DNA of 64,000 nucleotides from Alphaproteobacteria bacterium (GTDB lineage Bacteria; Pseudomonadota; Alphaproteobacteria; GM7ARS4; G965262615): NCBI GenBank assembly GCA_965262615.1, contig OZ253545.1, positions 1,440,001 to 1,504,000 of the forward strand, read 5' to 3'. Shown piece by piece: positions 59,066 to 64,000 of this stretch (position 1 is its first letter; each line of letters starts with the position of its first letter). The notes under the pieces were generated by a model. It saw only the letters and a program-made list of their open reading frames with translations, ran no database searches and was not told where the DNA came from. The position numbers and the translations under genes were made by a program.

Positions 59066-59914
59066 TTATTCAAGCCATTTCTTGTGTGCTTCATAATGCC
59101 CCTGTTCAGCAGCTTTCTGATACCATTGCAGTGCTTCATCCTTGTCTCGTGGCTCGCACATTCTTCCATAATTGTATTGGGCATCGGCAAGCCCTTGTTG
59201 GGCAGCCAACTGAAACAACCGTTCCGCGTTTCGATAATTTTTTTTCACGCCGTTTCCATGTTCATAAGCCAATCCAAGTTCGTTTTGTGCTTCGGCATCA
59301 CCTTGTTCAGCCGCTTCGTAAAGCTCCTTTATTTTTTCACTTGATAAGTTTTTTTTGTCACCTCGTGACTCGTTCGTATCTATTTGAGGCACATGTAACA
59401 TTTTATCTTGCTCCTTTCTCTTATCAAGTTCATCTTGGGCTTTAAGATGCTCCTGTTCATCAGCCGCTTCATACCAGAACTTACTTTTTTCCATATCTCG
59501 TGATACACCTTCGCCCCTGGCATACATACGACCAACCAGATATTGAGCATCAGCGTGACCGTTTATAGCTGCTTTTTCAAGCCAAGTAAAAGCTTCTTTG
59601 CTACTTTTCCCCTCATAGATATACATCCTGCCAAGATTGTATTGGGCATGAGAATCACCTTGCTCGGCAGCTTTTCTGTAATACCGTTTTGCAGTTTCAA
59701 AATTCTTTCGCACCCCCCTTCCATTGGCATACATCCAACCGATACTACATAGGGCAGGGATATTATTTTGTTCAGCGGCTTTTTGAAACCACCCCGCCGC
59801 TTTGTAATAATTTCTTTGCTTAAAATATCTCTCACCAAACTCAAATTGCGCTTGGGCATTGCCTTGTTCTGCGGCTTTTTTTGTTTCATCAAAAGTCATA
59901 TTCCACAACGCCAT
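59066..59914 (-). CDS. Sel1-like repeat protein
   Basis: Repeated AAEQG..AQ..LG..Y..G.GV. Confidence 0.92.
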   Translation of the reverse strand: MALWNMTFDETKKAAEQGNAQAQFEFGERYFKQRNYYKAAGWFQKAAEQNNIPALCSIGWMYANGRGVRKNFETAKRYYRKAAEQGDSHAQYNLGRMYIYEGKSSKEAFTWLEKAAINGHADAQYLVGRMYARGEGVSRDMEKSKFWYEAADEQEHLKAQDELDKRKEQDKMLHVPQIDTNESRGDKKNLSSEKIKELYEAAEQGDAEAQNELGLAYEHGNGVKKNYRNAERLFQLAAQQGLADAQYNYGRMCEPRDKDEALQWYQKAAEQGHYEAHKKWLE

Positions 59915-60015
59915 CCCGCTAACACGATACACAATTTACGGACTTTTTTCAATCTTTAACAACACCGTATAAGAACTCTTGAGTTTTGCTGGCAAACATG
60001 CCAAAAGAATTAACG

Positions 60016-60741
60016 ATGGCGAGTCCCTTCAAACAGTTTGAAATCGTTTCTCTCACGCCCGCCGTGGAGGTGGCGGGAGCGTCATTGAGCTTTACCAATT
60101 CCGCTCTTGCCATGATTGCCAGTGCCGCGATTTCATCCATCTTCATGGGGCTGGGAATGCGCCGCCGCGCTCTTGTGCCCGGGTATTGGCAAATGATGGT
60201 GGAATCGTGCCATCGCTTCGTTGCCAACATGGTGCGAGACAATGCCGGCGAGGGCTCGGAGAAATTCGTGCCCTTCGTTCTCTCCATCTTTCTTTTTATT
60301 TTATGCGGCAATCTGCTCGGATTGCTGCCCAGCAGTTTCACCTTCACCAGTCATATTGCCGTGACATTTGCCATGGCAGCCATTGCCTTTGTTGGCGTCA
60401 CCCTTGTGGGATTTTACTATCATGGCATTGGTTTTTTGCGTCTGTTTGTGCCGCAGGGCGTGCCTTTATTGATGCTGCCCCTTATGGTGGTGATTGAAAT
60501 AATTTCCTACTTGTCGCGTCCGGTGAGTTTATCGGTGCGTCTGTTTGCCAACATGATGGCGGGTCATGTCATGCTCAAAATCTTTGTGGGCTTTGTCGCC
60601 GCCATGGGAGTGTGGGGCGTTCTGCCGTTTGGCATCTCGGTGGCACTCAATCTGTTTGAGTTATTTGTGGCATTTTTGCAAGCCTATGTGTTTGCCATCC
60701 TATGCTCCATTTATCTTCATGATGCCTTGCATTTACACTAA
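60016..60741 (+). CDS. atpB: ATP synthase F0 subunit a
   Basis: FTNSA, SLSVRLFANMMAGH, LQAYVF. Confidence 0.96.
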   Translation: MASPFKQFEIVSLTPAVEVAGASLSFTNSALAMIASAAISSIFMGLGMRRRALVPGYWQMMVESCHRFVANMVRDNAGEGSEKFVPFVLSIFLFILCGNLLGLLPSSFTFTSHIAVTFAMAAIAFVGVTLVGFYYHGIGFLRLFVPQGVPLLMLPLMVVIEIISYLSRPVSLSVRLFANMMAGHVMLKIFVGFVAAMGVWGVLPFGISVALNLFELFVAFLQAYVFAILCSIYLHDALHLH

Positions 60742-60769
60742 ACCCATCAAACAATGAAAGGAGGGGACT

Positions 60770-60994
60770 ATGGATGTTGAAGCAGCTCGTTTGATAGGCG
60801 CCGGTTTGGCGATTGTCAGTCTTGGCGGCGTGGGAATTGCCATCGGCAATATTTTCGCTGCGCTGATTGAGGGGATGTCACGCAATCCTGAGTCCGCCAA
60901 GGATACTTTTCCGCGCGCACTGCTGGGCTTTGCCCTCGTGGAAGCGGTGGCATTGTATGCTTTGCTGGTCTCGTTTCTGATTCTCTTCGGATAA
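60770..60994 (+). CDS. atpE: ATP synthase F0 subunit c
   Basis: IGAGLA, RNP, FALVEA. Confidence 0.96.
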   Translation: MDVEAARLIGAGLAIVSLGGVGIAIGNIFAALIEGMSRNPESAKDTFPRALLGFALVEAVALYALLVSFLILFG

Positions 60995-60997
60995 ATC

Positions 60998-61492
60998 ATG
61001 CCGCAGCTGGATCTTCTCACCTATCCCGGTCAATTGTTTTGGCTGGGAGTGACCTTCACCTTGTTTTACTATGTGATGGCGCATCTCATCGTGCCAAAAA
61101 TTGACCATGTGTTGCAGACCCGTGCGGCTCATATCAATCATCACATCAAACAGGCAGAGGAACTGCAAAAAAAAGCCGAACGGTTGCAAAAACAGCAAGA
61201 CGACATGCTGGGGCAAGCTCACGACAAAGCCCATGCCATCTTGCAAGAACAAGCCGCCGCATGGAACGCCAAAGAAGAAGAACACAAACAGCAACGCCAG
61301 CAAGAACTCAAACAGCAATTGGAACAAAGCCAGCGAACCATTGCGGCAAGTCATCAAGAGGCAATGGCACGGCTGGAACAGGTGAGCCTGCCGCTTCTTA
61401 AATCCATGCTGCACCACAGCGCGCATCTGGCTGTGGCGGATGACCATTTACAAAAAGCCATTGCCGAAAGCGTCAGCACATGGAAAACATGA
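60998..61492 (+). CDS. ATP synthase F0 subunit b'
   Basis: MPQLD..YPGQLFWL then coiled coil. Confidence 0.88.
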   Translation: MPQLDLLTYPGQLFWLGVTFTLFYYVMAHLIVPKIDHVLQTRAAHINHHIKQAEELQKKAERLQKQQDDMLGQAHDKAHAILQEQAAAWNAKEEEHKQQRQQELKQQLEQSQRTIAASHQEAMARLEQVSLPLLKSMLHHSAHLAVADDHLQKAIAESVSTWKT

Positions 61493-62007
61493 CCGCATCC
61501 TTTTATTTGAGCCTATTGATGAGCGACAGTTTTTGGGCGACCATGGCGTTTGTTGTCGCCATTGGGTTGGTGCTGAGACCCCTTGTGCGCGTCATCCGTT
61601 CGGCTTTGCACAACAACATTGTTGCCATCAGCCAATCCATCAAGAATGCCGAACAATTGCACAAACAAGCCCGCACTCTTCATCAGGAACTGCAAAAGAA
61701 AATGCCGCAAGTGGAGAAAGAAGCACGGCAAATTGTCACCGATGCTGAGCAGCTCGCCGCCACGCGCAGCGCACAACAGGAGGAAAAAATAAATCAAGAC
61801 AATCTGCGTCATAGGCAGGACATGGCGACTCGTCTCACACGCATGGAAAACGATGCCCTTGCCGATATTCGCCGCGCCATGATTGCCATCACCCACCGTG
61901 CCGCGCGAAATCTTATTCAAGAAAAACTCACCCCACAGCAGGATGAGAAAAACAACGACCGCATCATCGCCAACCTTACAAACAACCTCAAAACAAAAAT
62001 TTCATGA
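61480..62007 (+). CDS. atpF: ATP synthase F0 subunit b
   Basis: FW..AF TM then coiled coil; synteny. Confidence 0.82.
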   Translation: MENMTASFYLSLLMSDSFWATMAFVVAIGLVLRPLVRVIRSALHNNIVAISQSIKNAEQLHKQARTLHQELQKKMPQVEKEARQIVTDAEQLAATRSAQQEEKINQDNLRHRQDMATRLTRMENDALADIRRAMIAITHRAARNLIQEKLTPQQDEKNNDRIIANLTNNLKTKIS

Positions 62008-62948
62008 TGAGTGAAGTGACAACAAAAAAAAGCTTTGCCATTCGTCATGGCAAAAAAGTGTATGAAGGCTACAATGATGAGCGTAAAGTTCAAAATAGGA
62101 AGCAAAAGGTCAAGCAGCGTCTTGGGTATGAGCATTTTACCAAAGATTTTGCAAAAAATAATAACCCTCTGCCAGCAGATTATGAAAATAAAATAATTTG
62201 CGGTGACTCCCTAGAAGTTCTGCAAAAATTGCCAGACAATTGCGTGGATGTCATCATCACATCGCCGCCCTATAATTTTGGCTTGTCTTATGAGACCAAT
62301 GACGATACCAACAGCTGGCAAGACTATTACGACCAGCTGTTTGCCATTTTCAAAGAGTGCATTCGTGTTTTGACCTATGGCGGACGCGTGATTGTCAATG
62401 TGCAGCCGTTGTTTTCCGATTATATTCCGAGCCATCACCTCATCAGTCAGTTTTTCTTTGAGCAAGGACTCATCTGGAAGGGTGAGATTTTGTGGGAGAA
62501 AAATAATTACAATTGCAAATATACCGCATGGGGCAGTTGGCGCAGTCCGTCCAGTCCGTATCTCAAATACACATGGGAATTTGTTGAGATTTTCTGCAAG
62601 GGCAATTTGAAAAAAACAGGCGATGCCGACAACATTGACATCACCGATACGGAATTCAAAGAGTGGGTCAATGCCAAGTGGTCAATCGCGCCCGAGCATC
62701 ACATGAAAAAATACAATCACCCCGCCATGTTTCCTCGCGGTTTGGTGGAGCGTCTGTTGAAATTGTTCTCCTACCAAAATGATGTCATCCTTGACCCCTT
62801 CAACGGCGCCGGCACCACCACCGTAGTAGCAAATTGTTTCAACAGACGCTATCTCGGAATTGATGTGTCACAAAACTACTGCGACACGGCAAAACGGCGA
62901 ATTGACGAACAACAACTCCAACTTTGTAATATTGTCTATAATTCCTGA
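62004..62948 (+). CDS. Site-specific DNA amino-methyltransferase (N4C/N6A, beta class)
   Basis: TSPPY, HPAMFP, LDPFNGAGTT. Confidence 0.92.
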   Translation: MMSEVTTKKSFAIRHGKKVYEGYNDERKVQNRKQKVKQRLGYEHFTKDFAKNNNPLPADYENKIICGDSLEVLQKLPDNCVDVIITSPPYNFGLSYETNDDTNSWQDYYDQLFAIFKECIRVLTYGGRVIVNVQPLFSDYIPSHHLISQFFFEQGLIWKGEILWEKNNYNCKYTAWGSWRSPSSPYLKYTWEFVEIFCKGNLKKTGDADNIDITDTEFKEWVNAKWSIAPEHHMKKYNHPAMFPRGLVERLLKLFSYQNDVILDPFNGAGTTTVVANCFNRRYLGIDVSQNYCDTAKRRIDEQQLQLCNIVYNS

Positions 62949-62963
62949 TGCGTTTTTTGGTGA

Positions 62964-63167
62964 GTGAGCGTGAGTTGTTCCGAAGCTTTTCTGAATATGC
63001 CGTATTGGTCGGGCGTTTTGTTTGACCTCATCATGATTTTAGGTTCGTTTATAATCGGCTTGCAAAATGGTCATCTTGCACCACGCGATGCGATACCTGT
63101 GATGGCGTTCCAATTGGTCGTCTTTTGGTCTGTTATGTTTGGTCTGATTGTCATCTTGTACTGTTGA
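62964..63167 (+). CDS. Small hypothetical membrane protein
   Basis: 67-aa ORF with two hydrophobic segments filling an intergenic gap. Confidence 0.35.
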   Translation: MSVSCSEAFLNMPYWSGVLFDLIMILGSFIIGLQNGHLAPRDAIPVMAFQLVVFWSVMFGLIVILYC

Positions 63168-63200
63168 AAGCAAAAATCCCCCACATGACGCTATGGCGTT

Positions 63201-64000
63201 TTACTGAGCATCATAACTAATCACATCGTTCATGTCATAGAGTCCGGCGTTTTGTGAGACCGCCCAGACGGCGGCATCCACCGCGCCTTGCGCAAACACC
63301 TCTCGGGTGTGGGATTCATAGGCAACCTCAATCACCTCACCCATGCCATGAAAGGACAATCGGTGCACACATTTGAATGATGACCCCCCGCGCGAAACGC
63401 TAAAGCCAATGCTCCCCTTGGGACGCGTTCCTTCACGATTAATCAGATACTGCGGTTTTTCATCGCCTCGCCCCTCAGCGACACACTGTCCCAATCGCCA
63501 AGCGATGCCGGACGGTGCATCCTGCTTGTGATGGTGATGCACCTCTAAAATCTCGGCATCATACTCAGCTCCCAATGAGCGCGCCGCACTGCGCGCCAAC
63601 TCACACAAAAGATGAGCCCCCCGACTCATATTGGGCGCGCACACAATGGCAACACGCTCAGAAGCCTCGCGCATCGCCTCCCGAGCCGCCTCGTCAATGC
63701 CGGTAGAGCCAATCACCAACGCCGTTCCGGTGTCTGCGGCACACTCGCTGTGCAAGGAAGCCGTCTCGCCGGAGGTAAAATCAATGACCACATGGGAATG
63801 TTTGAAAAAATCTTCAATGTCATCGGCGAGCAAAACACCACGAGATTCCCGACCGCACAACACACCGGCATCCACTCCCATGGATGGATGCCCCTGCCGC
63901 TCATAGGCTCGCACCAACTGCACGCCCTGCTCTTGCTGCTCGCGTCTGATCAATTCCGACACCACCATGCGTCCCATGTTGCCCGCAGCACCCGCAACAC
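63201..64000 (-). CDS. dapB: Dihydrodipicolinate reductase (5' end off window)
   Basis: GAAGNMGR, IDFT, IGSTG, EVHHHHKQDAPSG, FAQGA. Confidence 0.93.
   Translation of the reverse strand, partial: VAGAAGNMGRMVVSELIRREQQEQGVQLVRAYERQGHPSMGVDAGVLCGRESRGVLLADDIEDFFKHSHVVIDFTSGETASLHSECAADTGTALVIGSTGIDEAAREAMREASERVAIVCAPNMSRGAHLLCELARSAARSLGAEYDAEILEVHHHHKQDAPSGIAWRLGQCVAEGRGDEKPQYLINREGTRPKGSIGFSVSRGGSSFKCVHRLSFHGMGEVIEVAYESHTREVFAQGAVDAAVWAVSQNAGLYDMNDVISYDAQ

Overview
Chromosomal window from an alphaproteobacterium, judged from gene order (rpmH-rnpA-yidD-yidC-argB-dapD, glnB-glnA, mutY-dciA-dsbA-smc-atpI-atpB-E-F'-F). It is probably host-associated; that is inference. Housekeeping blocks alternate with accessory modules. 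(1) A tRNA-Pro 3' fragment and tRNA-Ser junction is flanked by restriction/defence-type genes: the start of hsdM, a C5 methylase plus GHKL ATPase with a HEPN-like motif, and an AAA ATPase plus PIN pair. (2) Three tandem passenger-less YadA-anchor proteins. (3) A split Ysc-like type III secretion block (chaperone-sctC divergent from sctD-sctE-sctF) is coupled to a large protein with TssM/IcmF-like C-terminal motifs. (4) A cassette-like array holds a Panacea/RelE-like toxin-antitoxin pair and two paralogous coiled-coil genes. It sits back-to-back with three ~274-bp repeats whose covarying stems look like a structured RNA, upstream of a thermonuclease. (5) A stand-alone 436-aa protein carries about 12 eukaryotic-type phosphotyrosine motifs and is a candidate effector. 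(6) An H4MPT-linked C1 oxidation cluster (fhcCDAB, mptG, mtdB, orfY, mch, orf5, orf7, fae). Short tandem duplications recur throughout. All calls come from reading the sequence and recognising motifs; no database searches or folding software were run.
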